From the NCBI GenBank assembly GCA_902619315.1, contig CACNDW010000002.1, forward strand, positions 4,760 to 68,759: DNA of 64,000 bases. The letters run 5' to 3'. Within the stretch, counting starts at the first letter, position 1. Each line of letters opens with the position of its first letter. Shown piece after piece: positions 55,283-64,000 of the stretch. Under the pieces are notes generated by a model that saw nothing but the letters and a program-made list of their open reading frames with translations, searched no databases and had not been told where the DNA came from. Origin of the DNA: an uncultured Bacteroidota bacterium. Its GTDB lineage: Bacteria; Bacteroidota; Bacteroidia; Flavobacteriales; Flavobacteriaceae. Position numbers and translations under genes: made by a program.

Positions 55283-57042
55283 TAAATGGAAAAGGGAACA
55301 TATTTGATATAAAATTATTTTCCAAGTTGATGGTATATGTAAAGCCTTACAAAAATACTTATTACTTTGTCATGACATCTGCAATAATTTTGGCAGGTTT
55401 TTCTGCGTTGACTCCATATTTATTAAAAATTACTGTAGACGACTATATTCGTCTAAAAGATTTTGATGGAATGATTTTTTTGATTGGAATGATGTTGTTT
55501 GCGCTCTTTTCAGAGGTGATTTTTCAATTTCTTTTTGTATACTTTGCTAACTGGTTAGGACAAAATGTTATTCGTGATTTAAGGGTGGTCTTGTTCAAGA
55601 AAATCGTCGGGTTTAAAATGGCTTATTTTGATAAGTCAGCTGTAGGAAGATTAGTGACCCGAGCTGTAAACGATATAGAAACTATAGCGAGTATTTTTTC
55701 TCAGGGCTTGTTTATGATCGTTGCGGATTTATTCAAAATGGCAGTTGTAATATTGATTATGTTATTTATTGACTGGGAACTTTCTTTGATTGTCTTTTCC
55801 GTTCTTCCTATAATACTATATGCGACAAGAATCTTTCAGAAATCCATGAAGACTGCATTTGAAGAAGTTCGCTTTCAAGTAGCAAACTTAAACTCCTTTG
55901 TACAAGAAAGAATCACAGGCATGCAAATCGTTCAGCTATTTCATCGAGAAAAAATTGAATATGATTATTTTGTATCTATCAATGAAAAGCATAAAAAGGC
56001 CTGGTTAAAAACTGTTTGGTACAACTCCATTTTCTTTCCAATTGCTGAGATATCCTCATCAATTACCTTGGGCTTATTGGTGTGGTATGGCGGTTTGAAC
56101 GTGGTCACTGGTGGATCCATTTCAATGGGTACAATTTTTCTGTTTATTCAAATGTCACAGATGCTTTTCCGTCCTTTACGCCACATAGCTGATAAGTTTA
56201 ACACCTTACAAATGGGAATGGTTGCTGCAGATCGTATATTTAAGATTATCAAAACCGAAAGTCAGGTATTGGATAATGGACAATGGAGTCCTAAAAAAAT
56301 TGAGGGTAAAATTAGAATTGATGGCTTGAGGTTCTCTTATATTGAAGGCGAGGAGGTAATCAAAGGGATTGATTTGGACATAAAACAGGGGGAAAAAATC
56401 GCCATTGTAGGGTCAACAGGTGCAGGTAAGTCAACTTTAATAAACTTACTTACACGATTTTATGAATTTGAAAAAGGAGAGATTTATTTTGATAATCGAT
56501 CTATTAAAGATTTCACGCTTCAATCGTTAAGAGAACATGTGGGTATCGTACTTCAAGATGTGTTTTTGTTTGCCGATTCAATTTTTAACAACATAACACT
56601 ATATAACCCGGATGTGACAAGATCAATGGTTTATTTGGCGGCAAAAGAAATAGGGGTGCATGATTTTATTGAATCTCTTCCTGGAGGATATGACTACAAT
56701 GTAAAGGAAAGAGGGGTTATGCTTTCCTCTGGACAGCGACAATTGATTGCCTTTTTAAGGATATATATTGCCAACCCAAGTATATTAATACTGGATGAAG
56801 CAACTTCATCGATAGATTCTCATTCAGAAGAATTGATTAAAAATGCAACCTATAAAATTACTTCTAACAAAACCTCTATACTCATTGCACATCGCCTTTC
56901 CACAATAAAAAATGCTGATCGCATTGTAGTAATGGATTCTGGAAAAATAGTTGAGGTTGGTTCGCACAAAGAGCTATTGGGGATTGAAAATGGATTTTAC
57001 TCTCAATTATATAAAATTCAATTCTTGGAAGTCGCTGTTTGA
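55279..57042 (+). CDS. ABC transporter, fused permease/ATP-binding protein (MsbA-like exporter)
   Basis: 587 aa with six N-terminal TM helices, Walker A GSTGAGKST, signature LSSGQRQ and Walker B ILILDEATS. It shares a 4-nt ATGA overlap with truA. Confidence 0.85.
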   Translation: MINGKGNIFDIKLFSKLMVYVKPYKNTYYFVMTSAIILAGFSALTPYLLKITVDDYIRLKDFDGMIFLIGMMLFALFSEVIFQFLFVYFANWLGQNVIRDLRVVLFKKIVGFKMAYFDKSAVGRLVTRAVNDIETIASIFSQGLFMIVADLFKMAVVILIMLFIDWELSLIVFSVLPIILYATRIFQKSMKTAFEEVRFQVANLNSFVQERITGMQIVQLFHREKIEYDYFVSINEKHKKAWLKTVWYNSIFFPIAEISSSITLGLLVWYGGLNVVTGGSISMGTIFLFIQMSQMLFRPLRHIADKFNTLQMGMVAADRIFKIIKTESQVLDNGQWSPKKIEGKIRIDGLRFSYIEGEEVIKGIDLDIKQGEKIAIVGSTGAGKSTLINLLTRFYEFEKGEIYFDNRSIKDFTLQSLREHVGIVLQDVFLFADSIFNNITLYNPDVTRSMVYLAAKEIGVHDFIESLPGGYDYNVKERGVMLSSGQRQLIAFLRIYIANPSILILDEATSSIDSHSEELIKNATYKITSNKTSILIAHRLSTIKNADRIVVMDSGKIVEVGSHKELLGIENGFYSQLYKIQFLEVAV

Positions 57043-57043
57043 T

Positions 57044-57832
57044 CTATAAGGAAAGATCTTCATTTAATATTCGCATTAAATCATCTATGCTTTTAAACTT
57101 ACAAAAGATACCATCTTTAATATAAGATATTTTACCACTTTGTTCAGATATAACTAATACTACCGCATCTGTTTTTTCACTTATCCCAATGGCTGCCCTA
57201 TGGCGAAGTCCAAATCTCGAGGGAATAGATGCGGATTCAGAAACAGGAAGCACAACCCTAGTTGCCTTAATAAAATTATTTTTTACTATAACTGCTCCAT
57301 CGTGTAGCGGGCTATTTTTAAAAAATATAGTTTCTAAAATTTGCCCACTTAGTTCGATATTAGCTTCGTCTCCCGTATTCTGTAAAAAGTCCAGATTGTT
57401 CTCTCTTTCAAGTACTATAATGGCCCCTGTTTTTTCATTAGCCATTTTATTACAAGCACTTAATAAAGCTTTTAGGTCAATATTTAGTGATCCTTGATCT
57501 TGATTAAGAAAATTAAAATAACGGACAACACTTCGCTTTGAGGCAAAATTAGTAGATCCAATCAAGAGTAAAAACTTTCGGATCTCTTGCTGAAATACAA
57601 CAATTAATGCAAAAAAACCAACACTAATGAACTTACCTAAGATATTACTCAAAACATCCAAGTTTAGGATGTCCGTCAGTTTCCATATCACATAAAAGAT
57701 GACTATCCCTATAAAAATATTTATGGCAACCGTTCCTTTGACTAGTCTGTAGGCATAAAATAGAAGCAAACCTACCAAAAGAATGTCAAGAATGTCGATA
57801 AAGCTGAAGTCTAGAAAATCAATTTTGTCCAA
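57044..57832 (-). CDS. cdaA: Diadenylate cyclase CdaA (DisA_N/DAC domain, membrane-anchored)
   Basis: 262 aa with three N-terminal TM helices. DAC motifs are GAIIVLE, LHDGAVIV, GLRHRAA and SEQSGKIS. Confidence 0.85.
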   Translation of the reverse strand: MDKIDFLDFSFIDILDILLVGLLLFYAYRLVKGTVAINIFIGIVIFYVIWKLTDILNLDVLSNILGKFISVGFFALIVVFQQEIRKFLLLIGSTNFASKRSVVRYFNFLNQDQGSLNIDLKALLSACNKMANEKTGAIIVLERENNLDFLQNTGDEANIELSGQILETIFFKNSPLHDGAVIVKNNFIKATRVVLPVSESASIPSRFGLRHRAAIGISEKTDAVVLVISEQSGKISYIKDGIFCKFKSIDDLMRILNEDLSL

Positions 57833-57858
57833 TGCTGCTTTTTTGTAAAATTAAAAAA

Positions 57859-58680
57859 CTATCTGAGGGCCTGCAATAATTCGATACATTCTTTAGCTTG
57901 TTTTACGTCGTGAACTCTCAGAATATTAGCCCCTTTAGATAAAGCAATTGTGTTTAGAACTGTGGTTCCGTTGAGGGCTTTATTGGCCGTTACACCCAAC
58001 TTTTTGTAAATCATGGATTTTCTTGATATTCCAACTAGTAGCGGAAGTTCTAGACTTTGGAATAAATCCAAGTGATTCATTAACTCATAGTTGTGTTCTA
58101 AAGTCTTTCCGAATCCAAAACCGGGATCTATAATAACGTCATTGATACCGTTCCGGTATGCTTGCTGAATTTTTTCGGAAAAATAATAGAGTACTTCTTG
58201 GACAACATTATCGTAGTTTGGATTTTCTTGCATGTCTTTTGGGGTTCCCAAAAGATGCATCAGCACATAGGGAACATTATTTTTACCAACGATTCCCATC
58301 ATTTTGTCGTCGAACTGACCTCCAGAAATATCATTGATCATTACCGCACCTCTGTTGAGACATCCCTCTGCTATAGCAGATCGATAGGTGTCAATGGAAA
58401 AAAACTGTTTTGGAAAGCTTTCAATTAGTTTTTCCAAAATGGTAAAAAGTCTTTTTTTCTCTTCCTCCTCACTGATTTCTTCTGCACCGGGTTGGGTACT
58501 GCAAGCACCCAAGTCAATAAAGTAAGCCCCTTCACTAATCATTTTCTCGGTTTGCATCAAAGCTTGGTCTTCGGCATTGAATTTGCCACCGTCATAAAAC
58601 GAATCAGGTGTTAAATTGAGTATTCCCATGATTTTGGGCTGTGAAAGATCAATCAGCTCTCCTTTGATATTTATGGTCAT
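57859..58680 (-). CDS. folP: Dihydropteroate synthase
   Basis: 273 aa with the motifs GILNLTPDSFYDGG, IDLGACSTQPG, INDISGG and DPGFGFGK. Confidence 0.92.
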   Translation of the reverse strand: MTINIKGELIDLSQPKIMGILNLTPDSFYDGGKFNAEDQALMQTEKMISEGAYFIDLGACSTQPGAEEISEEEEKKRLFTILEKLIESFPKQFFSIDTYRSAIAEGCLNRGAVMINDISGGQFDDKMMGIVGKNNVPYVLMHLLGTPKDMQENPNYDNVVQEVLYYFSEKIQQAYRNGINDVIIDPGFGFGKTLEHNYELMNHLDLFQSLELPLLVGISRKSMIYKKLGVTANKALNGTTVLNTIALSKGANILRVHDVKQAKECIELLQALR

Positions 58681-58769
58681 GATGTGGTTTAAATTGTTTT
58701 AAACTTTTAATAATGCTCTTTACAGAGTTAAAAAAAATATCGAAATTTACGCCAAAGATAAATAATCGT

Positions 58770-59315
58770 ATGACATCCACACCCGAACAATATCAAAGGG
58801 TAATGAAGAGTTGTCAGTCGCTGTTTGCGAAAAAGATGACTGATTATGGCAGTGCTTGGCGCATACTTCGTCTTCCTTCACTGACGGATCAAATTTTTAT
58901 TAAGGCCCAAAGAATAAGAGGCTTACAGACCAATACTTCCCAAAAAGTGGATGAGGGTGAAGTTTCTGAGTTTATAGGGGTCATCAATTACTCCCTGATG
59001 GCTTTGATTCAATTAGAGCTGGGTGTATCTGATTCACCCGATTTGAATACCGAACAAGCCCTAGTTCAATATGATAAACAATCAAAAGTGGTTTATGCCC
59101 TAATGATGGACAAAAATCACGACTACGGTGAGGCATGGCGTGACATGCGGGTGAGCTCTCTAACGGATTTGATTTTGCAAAAATTGATGCGTGTCAAGCA
59201 AATAGAGGGCAACGATGGCAAAACCACTGTAAGTGAAGGGGTTGATGCCAATTATAAAGACATTGTCAACTATGCTGTATTTGCTTTAATTCATCTAAAT
59301 GCTTTTGAAGAATAG
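58770..59315 (+). CDS. DUF1599 domain-containing protein
   Basis: The motif DYG(S/E)AWR...SLTD(Q/L)I is duplicated. ATG 58770 (MTSTPEQYQRV...) is preferred, and the track ORF starts at 58713. Confidence 0.7.
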   Translation: MTSTPEQYQRVMKSCQSLFAKKMTDYGSAWRILRLPSLTDQIFIKAQRIRGLQTNTSQKVDEGEVSEFIGVINYSLMALIQLELGVSDSPDLNTEQALVQYDKQSKVVYALMMDKNHDYGEAWRDMRVSSLTDLILQKLMRVKQIEGNDGKTTVSEGVDANYKDIVNYAVFALIHLNAFEE

Positions 59316-60392
59316 ATGTTAAGGAACTTACTCTTAAAACTTTTTTACGCCATTTTAACCCTTTTTGGGGTTGTGAGTTTAGTGTTTTTCCTTTTTAATG
59401 TCTTACCTGGCGATCCTGCGCAAATGATGTTGGGTCAGAATGAAAGCAGTGATCAATTGGCATTGGTAAAAAAAAAATATGGTTTTGACCTCCCCTTATC
59501 TAAGCAATATTTGCTATTTCTCAATGATTTGTCTCCTCTATCTTTGCATTCAACAGATCAAAATGATCTTTCTTATTTCTCTAGCGAAAAATACAGTGCT
59601 TTTCCACTAATTCATAACAATCATTATGTTTTGACTATTAAATGGCCTTATCTGAGAACATCTTATCAAAAAAGGGGGAAAAAAGTTTCTGAAGTTATTT
59701 CCGAAACTTTACCCAATACTCTGATTTTGGCACTTGCTTCAATTTCTATTGCAATTGTTTTTGGGATTTTATTGGGTGTTTTAGCTACATTATTATACAA
59801 TACATGGATTGATCGATGGTTGCAATTCATCAGTACCCTAGGAATGAGCGTTCCTTCTTTTTTTAGTGCGATTCTTTTTTCATGGTTCTTTGGTTTTATA
59901 TACCAACAATACACTGGTTTAAATATGAGTGGAAGTTTGTATGAAATGGATGATTTTGGAGAGGGGAGGATATTACGGTTAAAAAACCTGATCTTACCCG
60001 CGGTGGTTTTAGGGATTCGTCCCATAGCCGTGATCATTCAGTTGATGCGTAGCAGCCTGCTAGAAGTTTTGTCACAAGACTACATCAAAACTGCATATTC
60101 CAAGGGGTTATCAACCTATCAAGTTGTCTTCAACCATGGTATCAAAAATGCACTCAACCCAGTAATAACAATCATTTCAGGGTGGTTTGCATCCTTGCTG
60201 GCAGGTGCTGTTTTTGTTGAGTATATCTTTAGTTGGAAAGGGGTGGGAAAGGAAATAGTAACTGCACTGAACACCCTCGATACACCAGTCATTATTGGGA
60301 TCGTCCTTACATTGTCAAGTCTTTTTATACTGATTAACATGGTGGTAGATTTCATCTACGCAAAGCTCGACCCGCAAGTAACATTAAAATAA
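59316..60392 (+). CDS. ABC transporter permease (Dpp/Opp-type BPD_transp_1)
   Basis: 358-aa multi-pass membrane protein with the N-terminal motif LPGDPAQMMLG and an EAA-like loop (QDYIKTAYSKGLS). Confidence 0.75.
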   Translation: MLRNLLLKLFYAILTLFGVVSLVFFLFNVLPGDPAQMMLGQNESSDQLALVKKKYGFDLPLSKQYLLFLNDLSPLSLHSTDQNDLSYFSSEKYSAFPLIHNNHYVLTIKWPYLRTSYQKRGKKVSEVISETLPNTLILALASISIAIVFGILLGVLATLLYNTWIDRWLQFISTLGMSVPSFFSAILFSWFFGFIYQQYTGLNMSGSLYEMDDFGEGRILRLKNLILPAVVLGIRPIAVIIQLMRSSLLEVLSQDYIKTAYSKGLSTYQVVFNHGIKNALNPVITIISGWFASLLAGAVFVEYIFSWKGVGKEIVTALNTLDTPVIIGIVLTLSSLFILINMVVDFIYAKLDPQVTLK

Positions 60393-60404
60393 ACAATTCA
60401 AAAT

Positions 60405-61154
60405 ATGAGAAAAAAAATTGTAGCCGGAAATTGGAAAATGAATAACAATAAAAGTGAAACCGCGGATTTGATTCAAGCGCTAAAATCTTTAAGTTTTTCA
60501 ACTGACGTAAGGGTGATGATTGCTCCGGCTTTTACTCATTTGGCTCAGGCGGAAGAATTAACTCAAGCAGGGCGTATAGAGGTCTTGGCTCAAAACATGA
60601 ATGCCAATGATTCAGGGGCTTTTACAGGCGAAATTTCTGCAAAGATGCTCCACAGTATAGGCATCGACAAAGTTATTTTGGGTCATTCAGAACGAAGAGC
60701 TTACTATAACGAAACCGATGTTGGACTCAAGCAAAAAGTCAAAACAGCACTTACTTACGATATGGAAGTTGTTTTTTGCTTTGGAGAGGAGCTAGACCAG
60801 CGCAAAGCTGGGAGTCATTTTGAAGTGGTTCAATCTCAATTGGAAACTGTACTTTTTGATTTGAATTCAACAGAGTGGTCCAAGATTATTTTGGCATATG
60901 AACCGGTTTGGGCCATTGGAACAGGTGAGACTGCTTCTCCCGATCAGGCACAAGATATTCATGCTTTCATCAGAGGTTTGATTGCTTCAAAATATGATGA
61001 GGATCTTGCAAAGGATGTTTCAATTCTTTATGGAGGGAGTGTAAAGCCAGCCAATGCATCAGCCATATTTTCACAGCCCGATGTTGATGGCGGATTAATT
61101 GGGGGTGCATCACTCAATGCGGAGGATTTTATAGCTATCATTCAATCTATATAA
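60405..61154 (+). CDS. tpiA: Triosephosphate isomerase
   Basis: 249 aa with the motifs VAGNWKMN, ILGHSERR, AYEPVWAIGTG and YGGSV. Confidence 0.95.
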   Translation: MRKKIVAGNWKMNNNKSETADLIQALKSLSFSTDVRVMIAPAFTHLAQAEELTQAGRIEVLAQNMNANDSGAFTGEISAKMLHSIGIDKVILGHSERRAYYNETDVGLKQKVKTALTYDMEVVFCFGEELDQRKAGSHFEVVQSQLETVLFDLNSTEWSKIILAYEPVWAIGTGETASPDQAQDIHAFIRGLIASKYDEDLAKDVSILYGGSVKPANASAIFSQPDVDGGLIGGASLNAEDFIAIIQSI

Positions 61155-61994
61155 ATGGCGGTAGCCTACCTGGAAATTGATCTCAGGCTTACCCCAATTG
61201 ACCCTTGGCGGGATGTTATGGCTGCACAAATGGGTTTGTTGGGTTTTGAAGCTTTTGTCGATAGCCCATTTGGTTTTATGGCTTATATTCCTCAAAAAGA
61301 TTTTAAGGAAAAAGAATTTTTACAAATTGAACTTTTCGAAATTCATGGCTTGCAAATTGAATGGCATACTAAAGTCATTACTCCAAAGAATTGGAACCGC
61401 CGATGGGAAGAAAATTTTTCACCAATAAGGATAGGAGAGCGTTGTGTAGTCAGGGCAAATTTTCATCCTCCTGAAAAAGCCGATTACGAATTGGTGATCA
61501 CACCCAAAATGAGTTTCGGTACTGGTCATCACGAAACCACTCAGATGATGATCTGTTTTTTATTAGACTTAAACTTTACTGACAAAAAAGTATTAGACAT
61601 GGGAACTGGTACTGGAGTTTTATCCATATTGGCTGAAAAAAGAGGTGCCAGATCGATTCTAGCTTTGGATAATAATCCTTGGTGTGTTGAAAACACAAAT
61701 GAAAACATAGGATTTAACCATTGCACTAAGATCACTACCAAATTTAATGACTCTGTTCCCCATAAAAATAAATTTGATATTATTTTGGCTAATATTTCTC
61801 GAAATATTCTTTTACAACAAATTCCAGATTATGCAAAAATTTTAGTTCATTTGGGCGATTTGTTGATCAGTGGCTTTTATGTTGAAGATATGGGTATAAT
61901 TCAAAATGCTTGTGAAGCGGAAGGATTTAGATTTATTCGTAATTTTAAAAAAAACAAATGGGTTGCTGCCTATTTTACTAAAAATGAGTACTGA
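61155..61994 (+). CDS. prmA: Ribosomal protein L11 methyltransferase
   Basis: 279 aa with the motifs FGTGHHETT and the SAM-binding VLDMGTGTGVLSI. Confidence 0.88.
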   Translation: MAVAYLEIDLRLTPIDPWRDVMAAQMGLLGFEAFVDSPFGFMAYIPQKDFKEKEFLQIELFEIHGLQIEWHTKVITPKNWNRRWEENFSPIRIGERCVVRANFHPPEKADYELVITPKMSFGTGHHETTQMMICFLLDLNFTDKKVLDMGTGTGVLSILAEKRGARSILALDNNPWCVENTNENIGFNHCTKITTKFNDSVPHKNKFDIILANISRNILLQQIPDYAKILVHLGDLLISGFYVEDMGIIQNACEAEGFRFIRNFKKNKWVAAYFTKNEY

Positions 61995-62268
61995 TAAGCC
62001 ACAAATTGAGAAAGAAAGTGAATTAGACATTCTTACGAAGGTAAAACGAGAACACGAGATCATTTTATTTAATGATGATGTTAATACTTTTGATCATGTC
62101 ATCAAAACACTTGTGGCCTATTGTGATCACAGCTATGAGCAGGCGGAACAATGCGCTTATATTGTTCATTACTCTGGAAAATGTGTTGTAAAGACAGGCT
62201 CATATGAGCTTTTGGAACCTATCTGTAATAAATTATTGGAGGCTCAATTATCTGCAGAGATTCACTGA
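61984..62268 (+). CDS. clpS: ATP-dependent Clp protease adaptor ClpS
   Basis: The conserved core is ILFNDDVNTFDHVIKTLVAYCDHSYEQAEQCAYIVHYSGKCVV. The ATG at 61984 (MSTDKPQ...) overlaps the prmA end by 11 nt. The track ORF starts at 61906, inside prmA. Confidence 0.85.
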   Translation: MSTDKPQIEKESELDILTKVKREHEIILFNDDVNTFDHVIKTLVAYCDHSYEQAEQCAYIVHYSGKCVVKTGSYELLEPICNKLLEAQLSAEIH

Positions 62269-62327
62269 TTTTATTGTTTAACGTTTTTTGATTTTTTTAT
62301 AACAAAATAAAATCCGAAATTTGTGTA

Positions 62328-62909
62328 ATGAAAAATTTTGCCCTATTTACTTTTTTTGTTTTTATTTTTAAACTTAGTGTTTGCCAAAATGATAATGATA
62401 TGAATCAAACTATCTATCAATTTAAAGTCAAAGACATAACAGGAAAAACTTTTGATTTTGAAAATTTAAGAGGAAAGAAAATCATGATAGTCAATACAGC
62501 CTCTAAATGTGGCTTGACAGGACAATATAGAGGGCTTCAAAAGCTTTATGATCGTTACAAAGACAGTGGCTTTGTAGTAGTTGGATTTCCTGCTAACGAT
62601 TTCCTATGGCAAGAACCTGGTAGTGATAAAGAAATTGCAAATTTTTGCGAGAAGAATTATGGTGTCACATTTCCTATGATGAGTAAGATTTCTGTGAAGG
62701 GAAGTGGTATGCACCCACTGTATCAATTTCTTACGCAGTTTGGTAAAAACGGATACAAAAGTTCTTCAGTTTCCTGGAATTTTCAAAAATATTTAATAGG
62801 TACGGATGGAAAACTTAAAAAAATCATTACTCCTCGTACCGCTCCATTAAGTGAAGAAGTTCTTGACTGGATTGAGCAGGACGTAATGGCCGTTAATGAA
62901 CGTCTATGA
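62328..62909 (+). CDS. Glutathione-peroxidase-family protein (Cys type) with an N-terminal signal peptide
   Basis: 193 aa with the motifs VNTASKCGLTGQY, FPANDFLWQEPG and WNFQKYL. The active-site residue is Cys (TGT), not a TGA selenocysteine. Confidence 0.88.
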   Translation: MKNFALFTFFVFIFKLSVCQNDNDMNQTIYQFKVKDITGKTFDFENLRGKKIMIVNTASKCGLTGQYRGLQKLYDRYKDSGFVVVGFPANDFLWQEPGSDKEIANFCEKNYGVTFPMMSKISVKGSGMHPLYQFLTQFGKNGYKSSSVSWNFQKYLIGTDGKLKKIITPRTAPLSEEVLDWIEQDVMAVNERL

Positions 62910-63625
62910 AACTAGACCTATTGGCTTTTGGCGCCCATCCCGACGACGTGGAATTGGGTTGCGGTGGTGTGATAGCTAAAGCCGTCGCGCAGGGCAATAA
63001 AGTTGGGATTGTTGATCTTACAAAGGGGGAGTTGTCAAGCAGAGGCAACCTTGAACTTAGAGCAAAGGAATCAGAGGCCGCCGCAGAAATCTTAGGCGTT
63101 AGTTTTAGAAAAAACCTTAATTTTAAAGATGGTTTTATTTCTAATGATCAGATTCATCAGTTAGAGTTAATTTCCATATTACGTGAACATACCCCAAAAG
63201 TCGTTTTGTGTAATGCCGTGAGAGATCGTCACATCGATCACGGAAAAGCATCGGATTTGGTCACCCATGCCTGTTTTTTAAGCGGACTGGAACGTCTAGA
63301 AACTTATAATGGCCATGGAAAAAAACAGTCTGCTTTCCGACCACAACATGTTTTTCATTACATACAATGGGACGAACTTACTCCAGATTTTGTAGTGGAT
63401 ATTACGGGTTTCTTGGCCAAAAAGATGGATGCTATTCTTGCCTTTAAAAGTCAGTTTTATGATGGAAAGAACGATGGGCCACAAACACCAATAAGTTCTC
63501 TTAATTTTTTGGAGAGTGTGGAGTCTCGTGCTAAAAATATGGGAAGATTGATATTTAAGGATGCTGCAGAGGGATTTACTACAGATCGACAATTGGGGGT
63601 TGAAAATTTTGATAGCTTACTCTAA
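62906..63625 (+). CDS. bshB1: Bacillithiol biosynthesis deacetylase BshB1 (PIG-L/LmbE family)
   Basis: 239 aa with the motif AFGAHPDDVELGCGG and HxDH (RDRHIDHGK). It shares an ATGA overlap with the upstream gene at 62906-62909. Confidence 0.8.
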   Translation: MKLDLLAFGAHPDDVELGCGGVIAKAVAQGNKVGIVDLTKGELSSRGNLELRAKESEAAAEILGVSFRKNLNFKDGFISNDQIHQLELISILREHTPKVVLCNAVRDRHIDHGKASDLVTHACFLSGLERLETYNGHGKKQSAFRPQHVFHYIQWDELTPDFVVDITGFLAKKMDAILAFKSQFYDGKNDGPQTPISSLNFLESVESRAKNMGRLIFKDAAEGFTTDRQLGVENFDSLL

Positions 63626-63662
63626 ATTAAACCTACAAATCATTAAATTTGTTTCAGTTTAT

Positions 63663-63740
63663 GGTGGTTGTAGCTCAGCTGGTTAGAGCGCTAGATTGTG
63701 GTTCTAGAGGTCGCCGGTTCGAAACCGGTCTTCCACCCCA
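63663..63740 (+). tRNA. tRNA-His (anticodon GUG) with G-1 and encoded CCA
   Basis: The hand fold gives G-1 and the acceptor GTGGTTG/CTTCCAC. The D arm is GCTC-AGCTGGTTA-GAGC and the anticodon arm is CTAGA-TTGTGGT-TCTAG. The T arm is GCCGG-TTCGAAA-CCGGT, followed by discriminator C and CCA. Pairs 5:68 and 6:67 are U-U. Confidence 0.8.
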
Positions 63741-63770
63741 AAAAAGGGTTGCTTTGTGCGACCCTTTTTA
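63741..63770 (+). terminator. Rho-independent terminator after tRNA-His
   Basis: AAAAAGGGTTGC-tttgt-GCGACCCTTTTT forms a 12-bp stem with one G-U pair, a 5-nt loop and a T-run. Confidence 0.7.
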
Positions 63771-63920
63771 AATTATAAAAAAGAAAGTCCAATATTAAAA
63801 GATATAATTTGAAAGAACTTTAAAACCCAAATTTGAATTAGTGGATTCAAATTATTTTTTTTGGGTAAGTGTATAAGAAGTTTCTGACTTTTGCGTTATG
63901 TATTTAGTTTATCATGATTG

Positions 63921-64000
63921 ATGAAAAAATATATTCTTCTTTTGCTATTTTTTCTTGGAGCGATAGATATTTATGCGCAATCACTATTGTTTGATGACTT
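63921..64000 (+). CDS. 5' end of an exported protein gene (partial, runs off the window)
   Basis: ATG 63921 gives MKKYILLLLFFLGAIDIYAQSLLFDD, a signal peptide with an AQ-type cleavage site. Only 26 codons are visible. Confidence 0.4.
   Translation, partial: MKKYILLLLFFLGAIDIYAQSLLFDD

Noticed and set aside
61906-61983. Upstream extension of the ClpS ORF, and similar extensions of yidD (to 45068), folE (to 47207) and the barrel gene (to 32255)
   Set aside because: Each extension lies inside the neighbouring gene. Internal ATG codons give products of the usual family length with proper N-termini or signal peptides.
62328-62909. Possible selenocysteine-containing glutathione peroxidase
   Set aside because: The active-site codon is TGT (Cys) in ASKCGLT. 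There is no in-frame TGA.

Overview
Low-GC Bacteroidota (Flavobacteriia-like) chromosomal segment. The assignment rests on the tmRNA tag GENNYALAA, TTG-N18-20-TAnnTTTG promoter motifs, a fused secDF, DUF4293/DUF1599 genes and bshB1. Positions 1-19913 form one uninterrupted minus-strand reading frame of at least 6,637 codons. Its 3' end runs off the window, which is why the supplied ORF track does not list it. It encodes a giant secreted repeat adhesin with about 27 DUF11-type repeats and three tandem super-modules of about 3.7-4.1 kb. The super-modules carry thrombospondin-type-3-like Asp-rich Ca-binding repeats and jelly-roll domains, and two C-type-lectin-like domains follow them. Two super-modules share a 1,417-bp block that differs at a single base (by-eye alignment), at an in-frame offset of 4,077 bp. 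Positions 20-27 kb hold exported-protein genes: a beta-trefoil-like protein, a PQQ dehydrogenase lipoprotein with an internal cytochrome c domain, and a sortilin/BNR propeller protein. tmRNA follows. The remaining ~37 kb is dense housekeeping: kdsA, ftsE, asnB, gyrB, mdh, secDF, lgt, yidD, cysS, folE, proS, tRNA-Glu, rpsT, rho, truA, cdaA, folP, tpiA, prmA, clpS, gpx, bshB1, tRNA-His. I found no CRISPR array, transposase, integrase, prophage, restriction-modification or recognisable defence genes. The items most worth a second look are the adhesin and its recent internal duplication, an extremely aromatic low-complexity lipoprotein paired with a FadL/PorV-like outer-membrane barrel, a phased A-tract/TGATCA repeat block, and a tRNA-His with two tandem U-U mismatches in its acceptor stem. 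All domain and family names come from motif recognition and hand translation, not from database searches.
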